From the NCBI RefSeq assembly GCF_001194135.2, contig NC_068994.1, forward strand, positions 24,488,557 to 24,552,556: a stretch of 64,000 bases of DNA, given 5' to 3'. The notes beneath the pieces were generated by a model. It did no database searches, was not told the DNA's origin, and was given only the letters and a program-made list of their open reading frames with translations. The stretch comes from Octopus bimaculoides. Lineage: Eukaryota. A program made the translations under genes and the position numbers. Shown one piece after another: positions 35,131-48,799 of this stretch (position 1 is the first letter of the stretch; every line of letters starts with the position of its first letter).

Positions 35131-36229
35131 TGTGTGCAGCTATCCAACTTTTTCTATCCAAAAGGATTTTTCAACCCAATATTTACATGCTATTATTTAC
35201 AGCTTTATGTGTATGCTTTGAAATATATTATTCTAAATAAGAATTATTTCACATTCTCTCAAAAGTTTATAAAATTCTTATAATGTCAAGAACATATATA
35301 CGTGCATATACATATTTATATACACCTACACTTATTAACAAAAACCCATCAAAGTACGCACCAGTACATTAAGCAGTGTACACATACACTCTGCTAACAC
35401 ATGGACACACTTATCTATATCACACATGCTAACACATACACACTTCAATTAAAGTCCCACATGCTACCCATATGAACACATACAGTAACGAGAAAACATA
35501 AACACACCTACAATTCCTAGTGCCTACACACACTTATGACACATCTGTTTCACAATCATATCTATTCAGTAGACATGTGCACACATATGTGAATTGAATT
35601 TTTTTTTAAAACTAATCAGCTCACATAAAAATACTATCTCTGACTCAGGATGCACACATGTGACATTGCCTTCTGAATATCTTCATGACTTAAAATTTAA
35701 AAAAACCCATAACAAAAAAGAGACAGTCACGAACTGTTTACACAAACAATCCAGGACATTCAAATTCTATAAGTTGAGATATAAGCACAATATGAATAAA
35801 TAACATACAGCTGGTACGTTATGTTTGTACATACATACACTCACACTTGTATATGTTTGTATGCATACAACTAAATGAATAGTAATTATGTTTTTCTATG
35901 TATATTTATGTGTGAGTATAGTTGCATGGGTACATGGATGTGTGTAAGCAATTTATGAATGTGGAACCTAGGGTAACCCCATAGACCAGACATATCTATC
36001 TTCATATACATATAAATGTATGTATGTATATTTTGTGTTTGTTCATATATACACACACACGCCAATGTGTGCACATGTTGACTCGTGTATATAAATATAC
36101 GTTTAAGTATATAGTAGTTTGCATATTGCATTATCAATTGTGTGTGTGTGTGTATAGATATATGTTTGTGAATATGTATTTGTGTGTGTGTATATGTGAG
36201 TATGCATCTATGAAAAAATATCTGCAAAA

Positions 36230-39095
36230 TTCTACACGAGGATAAGATTATCATATTGGGTGATTTTAATGCAAAGATCATGAGATATGGGGTGTGATTG
36301 GAAGACACGGAGTGGGAAATCATAACAGCAATGGCTTACTTTTGTTATAGATGTGTTCTGAGCTGAATCTATGTATTTTGAGCACTGCTTTTCAGCAAAA
36401 AGATAAGTTCAGAACAACATGGATGCACCCCGGTTCAAAACTATGGCACCTGATAGACTATATGATAACTAGAAGGTAAGATAAGAGAGATTTCTGTATA
36501 GTGCGGGTCATGCAGGGAGCAGGATGTTGGACAGATTATCACTTGGTTCGTGGGATGATCAAGTTTATAGTGAAGCCAAAAAATAGACAAAGTGGCACTG
36601 GCATCCCTAAACATTTGAATGTGAATCTCCTTAAGGATAAAACAGTTAGAGTAGAATTTCTGCAGAAAATCGAAAATTTGGATTGGACAGATAAGTGGAT
36701 GGACTTCAGAGGACAACTATAAAATTTAAGTAAAGGAGAAGAAACATCAAGATTGGTTTGATGAAGTTATGGAAATATTCAACATTTGTTAGAAGTAAAA
36801 TGAAAGACATTCCATTCATTACTAACAAATGATTCTGACCAAAATAGAACTTTTTTCAAAGAGATAAAAGCAGATGTGCAAAGAAAGATTCGAAGCATGC
36901 AGGTTACTTGGTGGAAGAAGAAAGCAGAAGAGATAGAGGCTCCTTCCAATGTTAAGAACACTAAGTTATTATATACTCTCCTTCATGAGGTGTATGGGTC
37001 ATTATGTCCTACTTTGGCTCATGTGAAGAATAGGAATGGTGTTTTATTGAGGAGCCCAAAAACATCTTAAAATGATGGGAGGAACATTTCAGTGAACTTT
37101 TGAATCGACCATCAGTTGTTGATGAAAAAAGTATTGATATAATTCCACAGAATGCACCCATTGAGTGCTTAGATGACACCCTGTCAGTGGAGGAAACAAT
37201 AAAAGCAGTATCAAAGCTGAACAATGGCAAAGCACTGAGAGTTGATAGTCTGAATGTAGACCGTTTTAAGTTTGGTGGGTACTACTTGCTAGAAATGCTG
37301 ACAACAGTAATACAGAAGATTTGGAAAAATGAAGTTATGCCAAAAGACTGGAAGGATGCAATCATGGAAGTTGTGTTCAAGGGTAAGGAACAAAAGGGTG
37401 AGTGCAATAACTTTCATGGTATTTGCTTGCTTGCTACAGCCGGTAAAGTTTTATCATGAATAATGTTGGACTGGCTGCAGATATATGTGGCTGATGAGAT
37501 TCTTCCTGAATCACAGAGTGAATTCAGAAATGGTAGGGGTACTGTTGACATGATCTCTGCATGGAAGTTACAGGAAAAGAGTGTGAACAGCAAATAGGAC
37601 TTTATCAGGTATTCATTGATCTTACTAAGGCTTTTGACTCTGTCAATCAAACTGCTTTGTCAGAGATCTTGAGGAAACTTGGATGCCTGGTAAAGTTTCT
37701 CACTATTCTGAAGCAGTTTCATGAATGGGGTAAAACAAGGTAACATACTAGCACCCACTCTCTTCACCCTCTATTTTACTATAGTTTTTCTGTTGGCTTT
37801 CAAAGGCTCCTATGAAGGCATATATGTCAGATATTGCACAACAGGAAAAATCTTTAACATCAGAAGACAGTCAGCTAAGTCAAGAACATCCTCAACTCTT
37901 ATTAGAGACCTCCTCTATGCAGATGATTGTGATATTGTCACTCATACTGAAGAGGACATGCAAAATCTTATGAATGCTATTTCAATAGTTGTGAGGCATT
38001 TGGCTTAACTATAAATCTAACCAAAGCTGTTGTCATGTTTCAGCCAGCACCAGGAATGCCATACATAGAACCTGGTATCTTTGTGTATGGAAGAAAACTT
38101 GCTGTGGTTTCTAAGTTTGTTTACTTAGGGAGCACACTAAATACATCAGCAAATCTTAATGATGAAGTGTCACTACGCATTCAGAAAGCCAGTTTTGCTT
38201 TTGGCAAACTGGAAGACCGCCTATAGTCTAGACATGGTATTTCCACTGCTTAAGATTAAGGTATACAATACGTGTATCTTAACCTCTTTATTGTATGCTT
38301 GTGCACTTAAAACTTATGGAACATTTTCATCAACAATGTCTCAGAAGGATCTTGAGGATCAGCTGGAAAATGTTTGTAAGTGATGATGAGGTGCTTGAAA
38401 GAGGGAAATGCTTCAGTATTGAAGCTTTGCTATTGCAGTACAGATTGAGATGGAGTGAACACTTAGAATGACAGACAACAGAATGCCTAAACAACTTTTT
38501 TACAGAGAATTGGTGACAGGTAAGCATCCATCCCACAAACCAAAGACGAGGTACAAAGATTGTCTGAAGTCAGGATTGAATAAGATAAATGTTCCAATTG
38601 ACAACTGGGAAGATTTTGCACATTGCCGAGTAAAATGGAAAAAAGTCGTGTATGAAGGCAAAAATGAATTTGAAAGGAAGAGAATGGTTCAAAAGAAAGA
38701 TGAGAAAAAGTAACAGGAATGATGTTCTAACAAGCATTAATGAACGTGATGATCTTACATGTGATGAATGTGGAAAGATTTGTCTTAGTAAGAGCCACAT
38801 GAAATCACACATTGCACAACCGCACATTGATTACAGATGGACAGATGATTTCGAATGCATACTCTGTCATAAAGTATGCAGATCAAAAAGTGGCTTGAAA
38901 AGGCATAGTAAAGTTCATGGAGCTGTAAATTATACAATCACCAAGTTTTCTTGCACTAATTGTTCAAAAGCATGCAAGTCTTCGGCATGCCTCAAAAGCC
39001 ATATTTCGTGCAGCTCATCAATGTTATTCTAGGGCATAAAGAAATCAGGCAATGGCTCTACTCAAAATCAAGTTGGCAACCATCATATGTATATA
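36230..39095 (+). mobile_element. RTE (BovB-like) LINE, near-complete ORF2 remnant with C-terminal C2H2 fingers
   Basis: APE motifs GDFNAK, TTWMHPGSKLWHLIDY and CWTDYHLV; RT motifs GICLLATAGK, FIDLTKAFDSVN, GVKQGNILAPTLF, LLYADDC and FVYLGS; ORF 38652-39032 carries three C-x2-C-x12-H fingers. Confidence 0.9.
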
Positions 39096-39663
39096 TGTAT
39101 ATGTATGTATATTTACAAACTTATTCCACTATCCAAGTCATTGATCTCTTGTTTAGTTGGTGGCCTGTTGATTTGGGAGTTATGTAACATTGCTTTCCCT
39201 CCTTAGTTTATTGCCCTTGAACTCAAACTCTTGCTGAATTTATATATTGAACTCAAACCTCTTGCTGGAATTAAATATTGTACCTTAACTGTAAAACTGC
39301 ACTGGCTGAAATACTAATTATCACATTCATTAGGCTTAAATTAGCCTGAAGTGTTTGGATGTCTATAAAAAGTATGATGTAATCTGTTATGACTACATTA
39401 AATACAGATTTCCAATGAAACACTTGTCTCAAATTTAAACTCCATTTATCTGTTTTTTTTATATTTCTCTCAAAATCATGAGTTTACCTATTTATTGGTT
39501 CATTGGTAAATAATTGAAATTTAAAATAAACCAACAGCAGTATCAAGTTCCATATAATTTGTGACTATGATGTTGGATCTTTTCCCTTTCTGCTCTGATT
39601 CTTCTAGTCAACTGGTTGCATTTTACATGGTGATGTACCTTGATTCCTAATCAATCCTTTTAA

Positions 39664-39699
<36 letters not shown>

Positions 39700-39719
39700 T
39701 GTGTGTGTGTGTGTGTGTG

Positions 39720-42700
39720 TGTAACATCATTTAATGTCAATCTTCCATGCTGGCTTGTGCTGAATGAGTCTACAGGTTCTGACAAGCCAGAGGACTGTGT
39801 CAGGCCCTGCTGTCTGCTATGTTTTCTACTTCTGAATGCCTTTCCTAATGCAAAACACTTTCCAGAGTGTAGGGGAGGGTGCTTTTTACAAAGCACTGGC
39901 ACTAGTGAGGTCACCAAATGACTCACAGAACAAGACCCATCCACTGAGTTGGCTACAGTATTGAAGGAAGTGAGTTTATAGTCAAGTGTTAAGAGGTTAA
40001 AATATGAGAGACGGGTGGTAACAGATGACTGGCTGTAGAGGTTACTTGCTACTCCAACTTTACGAATAAAGGGATAGTGGTGATGAAGTGTCAAGGACAT
40101 CTTCAAAGTACAGGAAGGGTATAAGTGGGAGTACAGACAGAGAATCAGAAAGGTTTGGAGGGAAGGTAAGTTTGTGAGACTGTAAAAGAAGATTGACAGA
40201 TGGTTAGAGATGGGGAGAGGAGAATGGAGAACAGGGTTGGAGGCATGGTCAATGGTGAATTGGAGAGCAAGTGAAGGAAATTGTAGTGAGCCAAGGAGGA
40301 GGATTAGAAGGTGATAAATGATGGAACAAAAAGTGGATCTGCAACATTAGAGTGTGCACATATACTGGTATGATCATGTGACATGTAAGGATGCATAAAG
40401 AAGTGCTAATTGCAAAATGTGGATGGAGGGGATGACTAAGACAGTCCTCATCTATACATGTCACACGACCATACCAGTACAATCTCTTGCACACTATGCC
40501 TGACATGATCAATAGTGAACTGAAGTGAAGGTGAAGGAAATTAGTGAATCAAGGAGGAGGAGTAGAAGGTGATAGATGATAGAATAAAATGTGGAATGGA
40601 GAACAACAGCAAAATAAAATCATAAGGAGATTAGAAACAGAGAGATGATATGAAGCATGGTGAGATGAGAGAAAGATGCACTGTAACAGAGACTGAGGTC
40701 AGATAGTGGAAACAATAAGTGATAAACAAATGTAGTTGGGGCATCAAAAGCTGATATGAGAGGGTGTTCAGGACAAAGGTGCATAGGAAGATGAGTTGTG
40801 AGGAAGGATTGACAGGGACTGATTATATGTGAAGTGTAGGCATAAACAATATACTTTTGGGACCACTAAAATGAACAGGTCATCCTGAGCACAGCATGTC
40901 ACTAATCATCTTGGTCTTAGTCATCCCTTCCATCCACATTTTGCAATCAGCACTTCTTTATGCAACAGTCTTCATGCATACATGTCATATGACCATACCA
41001 GTACAATCTCTTTTGCACACTATATCTGATGTCTCTTACGCCCACATTTTCTCTCAACACATTTACACTTTGTCATGCATACATTTTAATGTTGCACATC
41101 TAATGGAGCATACTAACTTCATTTCATTCTCGTCTTCATATATCGTCTGCATTCAAAGTCCACATTTCACTACCCTGTAGCATTACTATTCATAAACAAG
41201 CATCATACTCTGATGTAATAACACTGAACTTTTTTTATTGCGAGTTGTTACTCTTTCAGAACACCTTCCTCCACTGCTAATTAGGCCACCTATATAACAG
41301 AAATTATCCACTACCCGTAAGAACCCCCCTGAGCATTTGAGAAAATCTATTTCCTATGTGCTCTTAGTGTTTTGTACTCTGTTGTATATTCTATAAACAA
41401 AAGTGCTAATCTGTTAACCCTCCTGTGATTAAACTGCATCTTTAATTTGTCAATAGCTTGCACACCATATGGAATTTCTACCTACATGTTTTCTACATAT
41501 CAAACTGGGCCATTTAACTAAAGTGGCTTGCATCCTGTCTGTTTCCCTGCTTACTAAAACTTTCATCATTGTTTATTAACTTTAAGGATTTTTGTTTCTA
41601 GGTTTTGCATCCACACCTGGAAATTCTTTTATGATTTCACTACAGATTCAGGTATGAGAACAAGGTCATCAGCAAAGAAAAGTTCTTATAGGCAACTGGT
41701 CTAAAAATTCCACTGTTATGACCTAGAGGATTATGATAGATAGGAAGGGACTGATGACCAAGCTCTGGTGACCTCTTACCTGCACTCTAAATTCATGGCT
41801 GTAGTTGTTGCTAAATCTTAACTTACTGACAGCACCCTCGTACATGGCTTGGTTGGTCCCAACAGCCATTTGTCTATTCCTTCCACAGCAACCACCAGTT
41901 TTGGGAAAGGTTGATGTATGCCAAGTACAGCAGTTTACTTGATGCAAAATCTTCCTGCAGTTGCCTTACTAGAAAGACAGCATCAGTACTTTTCCTTGAA
42001 ATAAAAGCAAAAATGCTTCTGATCTAAGCTAACTTCCTTCCCAATTAATTCAGCTTCGGCAATTTTATATTTCTGTTATTAATTCAGTGTAAGGCATCTC
42101 CTTTAGTTTTGTTACACTTGCCTATGCTGCTGCTACACCAGTTGTAGGATATGATACCTTCCTGTATAAGCTCTTTAACTACTCAGGTGTCTAGACCCAT
42201 ATCCCACCCCAGTAGATATTTTAGCAGTAATTCTTGATGGACCAGGAGTGCTTTCTTTATCTTCATGTCCTTAATTACTTTGTCAATCATAAAACTAGAA
42301 TGACTGGCTCCTCACTAGGTTCACTTTCAAAAAACTTACTTTCTCCATTCATTCTCCACATTTAGTAGCCTTTCATGATAGCATTTTTATTCTTCTTTCT
42401 TTTCAGAATCACTAAGTGCAAGTATACCGCTATCCCCATCTGTGCAAACTTCTTTCTCTCAACATCTCTTTCTGCTGGTTGTCCCATAAAATCTCCCACC
42501 TGTCCTCTGTGTTACTCATCCCTATCTCTTCCTCTTTCTCAGTGCTTCATTTGGCACATTGCTAAATCTCTCTCTGTTCAATGGATCTTTATGCTTCTAT
42601 ATCTTCCTTTTCCAGATTGATTTGTGTCTTTGAGTTCTTCTGTCTCTAAGTCTGAAGTTACTAACTACTGACCTACGTCGGATTGTATATGCTTTATCAG

Positions 42701-44700
42701 GGAAGGACTTTGCATTCATGAGATTCTGTCTATCTCTTTTTCTGCTGAGAATGTAGTCAATCTGGCTTATATGCCCACCAGATGGATAAGTGTTCTGGTA
42801 GCTAGTTGGTTTCCTGATGTTAGTGTTACAGATCACCATTTGCATCACAGGACTCCAACAGCCTTATTCCCTTTTCATTTCTAGAACCAAGGTTACACAG
42901 TTACACACATTTTAGAAGAGAGAGTTGGGGGGATCAGAGTAGAACTGGAAAGAGATAAAGTAGTGGTGATACGATGTCTGTATGGACCCTCAAGGTTCAA
43001 AGGGAGTAGAAGTGAATGAGGGAAGAAAGACAGGAGTGTGAGTGGGTAGAGGTTGCAAGAGTGTATGGGAGAGTGAAACATGGGGGAAAGGGTGAATATA
43101 ATGAATGAAGTACAAGTATTGAGGGGTGATACGTAGTGGAGGTAAGGAAGAGGTGACAACTGTATGGATTGGATGGGTCTGAGAAGTGGATGTAGTGAAC
43201 GGTGGATAAGGGATGGAGGTTGTAGAGGGATGTGGATGTAGAGCAGCAAAATAATAATAATGATACAGTAGACAAGGAAAGGATAAGAGAGTATAGGGAA
43301 AGAGAGGTAGGCATAATGCATGGGCAATGCAAGAGACATAACGATGCAGAAGATAAGATGATTTGGTGGGTGAGGGTACTGTTCTCTCTGCAATTTAATA
43401 TCTGTGAAGAGGACAGTATTAAGGATGAAGGATGAATATCAAGTGAAATGATTCCAGGTTGTGAGAAAGATTAGTGGTATTAAGAAAAAGTTGTCATTAG
43501 AGAAATGATGGGTTGTGAGAATGTTTCGACAAGCAAATTGAATGAAGGTCCCAGCTGTGCATGTAAATATACTCACACAGCACTTCCAGATCTTAGTTTT
43601 GCCAAGTTGGGTGGGTTTTCGTGAGAATCACATATTGCTAGTAACCCCTGATTTCCTGTCATGTCCTCCATGAGATCCAAAGTCCTGAGAACAGCTTTTA
43701 CTACTTCAGACCATGTCTTCCTGGGTTTCTCTCTTCCACAAGCTCCATCTACATTAAGTGATCAGTACTTTATACAGCTATCCTCATCCATATGCATCAC
43801 ATGCCTGGAATTTCCTGTCTAGTTCCATTATAGATTTAACTATGACAAACAGATCAATCTTCTTTCTTGCATACTACATCTGATTCCCCTTAAGCCCACT
43901 TTTTTTTTATCAGCACATTTGTACTATGTCATTCATCATCATCATTTAATGACCATTGTCCATGCTGCACATCCAATGGAGCCTGCCCACTTAATTTCTT
44001 TCCAGTTTTATTAAGTTCTCAGCATTCAAGGCCCATATCTCACTACCATGCAGCATAACAGTTCTAATATAAGTGTCATACAATCTGTCCTTTACTCTGA
44101 AGTAAAAACCTTTGTTTCTAGCATTGATAGAAACTCCCTAAGCTTTCTCTTGTTCATTCTTATCCTAGCTAGGTAACCAAGACTATCAACTATTTCTGTA
44201 AGCCATCCAGGCATTTAAGACAATTTATTTTTATTTTAGTGTGCTGATAATGTATACTGCTCCAGTGCATCTATCACATATGAAGCTTACATCCTCTGTT
44301 AGTTTGCCTGTGGTTCCAATACACCTCTTGTGTGTCCATAGCTTACAATGGATACAGCACATCAAGTTTATACTAAATCTTATTCTGCATATCAAGCAAA
44401 GCTATTTCCTTGAAGATACCAGAGACCTGTCCTTTTTCCTACCTACCAGAACCTTTGTCTTTGCCAAGTTTACTGCAATGTACTTGATTCTAGGTTTAGC
44501 TTCCATGCATGAGATGTCTTCTGTAATTCTACTATGAATTCAACTATGTATGCAAGTACCCATGGACAGCTAGTCTTAAACTCTTCTGTGATGAATAGGA
44601 CTATGATGAATAGAAGAGGACTGAAGACTAAGCTTTGATGGGCTCCTGCCTTCACGCTAAGTTTGCCACTTCTAAGTGGATCCTGGTTTTATCCAAGTAG
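39720..44700 (-). mobile_element. Cluster of RTE-X-like LINE fragments (tails, RT, APE and pyrimidine-rich 5' region)
   Basis: Tail at 39720; WYGRV/WYGH fragments at 40440-40500 and 41000; RGHQSLVISP (ORF 41723-41947); APE SQIDYIL (ORF 42597-42848); second RT copy 43590-44700 (GAHQSLVFSPLLF). Confidence 0.75.
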
Positions 44701-44719
44701 TTCACATGGCCAATCCAAC

Positions 44720-46330
44720 CAAGCTGAACCTTTAGGATCTTGACTTTAATGCTTCATGTCCAAGACTGTCAGGTTGAAGATACAGTTCTGCTGCTGGATC
44801 TGCATAATTGATTGCAGAAAGCAATTTTGAAACTTGTTCAAGCTGTTTGATATGTCTGCAATACACTGTCCACATTCCACACACATACAGGAGTGATGGA
44901 AGCCCAACAGCATTGGTGGAGAGGTGAATATCTTTGTGCTGCAGAACTTCCCAACACTTGACTTGCTTTCTGTTAAGGGCGCCACCACTGGAGATGGTAC
45001 TCCCCAAGTATTTGAAGCTATTGCGTGTTATCAATGGTAATGCATGATTGTAGAAGGAAACTGTTAGGTGTAGGTTGAAGGAGGGCCTCTGTCTTACTGA
45101 GGCTGATTGTCAAACTGAACAATCTGGATGCAGTGGAAAACCTATTAACAGGTGCCCAGTCATCTGCAAAGAATTTGTCTTTGATGAGCTTCCAGAAGCT
45201 TTTTGTGTGTGTTGCAAGGCAAAGCATGTTGCCCATCCAGATAGTATTTGATGTAAATGCCCAGATTTGAGTCTTCAGCAGCATGTAGAACTTTGGTGGA
45301 AAAAGAGATTAAAGAGTACTGATGCAAGCACACATCCTTGTTCAACACCATTGGAGATGTCAAACTTCTTACCAGGTTCATCAACTGAGTGCATCTCTCC
45401 AGTCATGTTATCATGAAAGAGATATATGAAGTTGGTGAATTTTGGTGGGTAGCCAACTTCCCAAGAATGATCCACGGATCTTCTCTGTTGACCTTGTTGC
45501 ATGTCTTATCAGAGGGATAAAAACAAAACACAAGTTCATGTTCTGCTCTAAGCATTTCTTCTGCATTTGTCTGACACTGAAAATCATATCTATAGTGCTA
45601 CATTCAGGCTGAAATCTGCATTCCAACTCAGGAAGATACTTCTTTGGATGCTGTTAAAATAAGTCTATTAAGGATGGTGTGGGCCAGAATTTTGCTGATG
45701 ATGGAAAGTCAAGAGATGCCTCAGTTGTTCTCTCAGTTTGTTCATAAACCTTTGTTCTTATTTAGGGAAAGTATTGCTGCATGCCAAAGGTCATGTGGCA
45801 GTTCTTTTTCTTCCCAGATACTGACCTGGAATACTTCAAGGGGCTCCTAGCTGAAGGCTTTGTATAGCTCTTCAAGAATGCTATCCTTGCTGTGTGCTTT
45901 GCTACAGCTCATCTGCTTTATGGCTGACAAGGAAGACCTGTACATGAAAATATTATAGTGGGAAAAGCCTTGACACAGCCCCACTCTATCAGCCTCAAAG
46001 TCAAGATCCACTGGCATGATCATTATGAATAGTTGCCTCTTCAGCTTTGAAATGCTGGCTAGTAGATTGATACAATCCACTTCATTGACCACTTTTGGGA
46101 CTCTTGCTCCAGATTTCTTCTCTTGGTTAACTTCCATATCCTTTCCCATGGCTGGGTGTAGTTAAAAGGCAGTGAAAGTTTTAAGTCAGGTTTTTTTTTC
46201 TAGGTGAGCTATTGGTCAAGACTGATGGACTCCACCTACCTAAAGCAACTGGTTTTGAGGTGCCAAGGATCTACTTTTGCTTCTTCTCCCATTAGTAGGA
46301 ACCACATGAAGGCTGGGAGCTGGACTCGGT
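44720..46330 (-). mobile_element. RTE (BovB-like) LINE fragment
   Basis: STIDMIFSVRQMQKKCLEQN, NGVEQGCVLASVLFNLFF, FFADD, LTISLSKTE and FKYLGSTIS across ORFs 44732-45626. Confidence 0.82.
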
Positions 46331-46847
46331 TAATAAAGGCTGTTCGAGACACAAGCTACATGGAAGCACTTCAGAGGCAATGAAAGCCTATCCCCATTAC
46401 AACTTTCAGTTATGCCAACTTTGAAATTCACATGCATGCATACATGTGTATATATGTCCACACATACGATTGAAAATCCTTTATCTGAACTTCCAGAATC
46501 TGGATAATTTTTGAAAACTGACATAACATGCCACAAGTGGAAATTCCACCAATTGCTGAGAAAGTTCCACAAAGTACAGATGTGTGCCATTAAAACACAG
46601 GAGTTCATAAGCAGCAACTATCATGTTTCGCTTTGTTTATTTGGTTTTTAATAGTAGAAGACACTTTTCCGAGGTTCTACACAATGGGACTAAGCCCGAA
46701 ATATATACATATACACATAAGGTATATACATGCATAATGTGTAAGTTTGTGTGTGTACACATATATTTATATGCATGTATGTATGTATAAGTGCTTACAC
46801 ACACCCATATGTATATATGTATCATACATATATATATATATATATAT

Positions 46848-46990
46848 ATCATCATTGTCGTTTAATGTCCACTTTCCATGCTGGCATGGGTTGGACAGTT
46901 TGACTGAGGGCTGGCGAGCCAGAAGGCTGCGCCAGGCTCCAGTCTGATCTGACAAAGTTTCTACAGCTAGATGCCCTTCCTAACACCAAT
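46848..46990 (-). mobile_element. RTE-X-like LINE 3' tail
   Basis: ATCATCATTGTCGTTTAATGTCC...CCATGCTGGCATGGGTTGGACAG...GATGCCCTTCCTAACACCAA. Confidence 0.75.
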
Positions 46991-47015
46991 TTATATATAT
47001 ATATATACATACATA

Positions 47016-47401
47016 GGTGCAGGAGTGGCTGTGTGGTAAGTAGCTTGCTTAGCAACCACATGGTTCCGGATTCAATCCCACTGCATGGCACCTTGGGCAA
47101 GTGTCTTCTACTATAGCCTCGGGCCGACCAAAGCCTTGTGAGTGGATTTGGTAGACGGAAAACTGAAAGAAGCCCGTCGTATGTATGTATATATATGTTT
47201 GTGTGTCTGTGTTTGTCCCCCAACATCGTTTGACAGCCGATGGTGGTGTGTTTATGTCCCCGTAACTTAGCGGTTCGGCAAAAGAGACCGATAGAATAAG
47301 TACTAGGCTTCCGAAGAATAAGTCCTGGGGTCGATTTGCTCGACTAAAAGAGGCGGTGCTCCAGCATGGCCGCAGTCAAATGACTGAAATAAGTAAAAGA
47401 G
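47016..47401 (+). mobile_element. tRNA-derived SINE family A, full length, young
   Basis: GGTGCAGGAGTGGCTGTGTGG (A-box), GGATTCAATCCC (B-box-like), many CpGs retained, GTAAAAGAG tail. Confidence 0.9.
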
Positions 47402-47699
47402 TATACACACATATGTATGTATGTATACCCTTTTAACATTAACTGTTGGAGAAAAAAGAGTACTCAGTACCATGGTAGAGATTTATAATATATCTTATTT
47501 TGATCAAGTGAGTCTCTTACTACTCTGTTATCAGCTGTAGGTGCAGAGGGTCTTCCTGTGCACCTACAGCTAAAGCACAGAGTAGCAAGAGATTGACTTA
47601 ACCAAAATGAATGGATAAAGTGCATACTTAATTGTAAACCATACAGCTCATTTAATGGTGTTTCTACAAAGCACAAAATATTGGCAACAAAGATATGTC

Positions 47700-48790
47700 T
47701 AAGCCTCCAAGCAACTAAGAAAATAACAGCCTCAGTCCATCTATTTGCCTGTCATACAAGATAAAGAAATTTGCAAAAATTTCATCATCATCTTGAAAAA
47801 TCCTTTTGATGTTTTCCAGCTTGAGAGAGAAGACTTATAGCCAAATACCTTGAATGCAAACTTTATCAAAATACATCATGAATATGCCAAAGTATGCCTT
47901 CCATGAAAGACTAGATTTAAAAGAAATCTGCCTTAGGAAAAAAAGAAACCATAATAGGTAAGAAGAAATACCTCAAGCAGCTCTATGAGATCAAAAACAG
48001 AAACCCAACTGCAGCAAATACAGAAAAAAAACAAATAAACGCAGAAGGAACTCGCAGAAAAAACATCAAAAGTATATTCAGCACCAAGTTGACTCTATTG
48101 AGCAAGCAGCAGAGAACATGCAAATATCCCTAGCTTAGAAAGAAGACTTCTAGAGCAATGGTAAAATCATCTAGCCAGCATAACCGTCTAAAAAAGTAGA
48201 AAAAACCCTTCCAAAATCAGCTTGGCAAGGTCTGTTATTGATGACACTACAACCAAGCTGATTGTTACCAAGAACTCAGTATCAAGACTGAGACATTTGC
48301 AATAGATGAACTCCTGGCTCTGCCAAAGAAATTACAGAATAATAAATCTATAGGTCTTGACTCACTTGTATCATACTTGTTTATAATATATCTGGATTAT
48401 TATATCTTATATGTATGCTTTGATATCAACAAGGGTTATGAATTTACACCTGAGACAGCTAGAAGTAGAAGTTATCTTGCAGTTGAATTATTGGATGTCA
48501 ACTTTGCTGATGATCTTACTCTTTTTACAGAATTAGCAGAGAAAATATTACATGCTCTTGAGACAGCAGCTGCACATAGAGGACTATGTCTCGATGCTGG
48601 TAAGACAGAAGACTTGGACTTTAATATAATAGGTGATATCTACACTTTGAATGACACCAATCTGAAAATGGTTGATGACTACTTACCTGGGAAGTAACAT
48701 CGTTTCATGAGAAAAGGACATCCAGGGAAGGATTGCAAAAGTATGGAATGCCCTAGACAGACTCTGACTTATATGGAAGTTTATAAAATA
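47700..48790 (+). mobile_element. Decayed LINE RT fragment (RTE-like)
   Basis: ORF 48377-48697 reads LLDVNFADDLTLF...ETAAAHRGLCLDAGKTE. Confidence 0.6.
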
Positions 48791-48799
48791 TTTATTAGT

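Noticed and set aside
42893-43393. 166-aa hydrophobic, Pro/Ser/Leu-rich ORF (also 29568-29942 with a TM-like Leu run)
   Set aside because: These arise from pyrimidine-rich LINE 5' sequence and (TGT/TGC)n low complexity; there are no splice signals or domain features.
47016-47090. tRNA gene
   Set aside because: The A/B boxes belong to a multi-copy SINE head; there is no complete cloverleaf.
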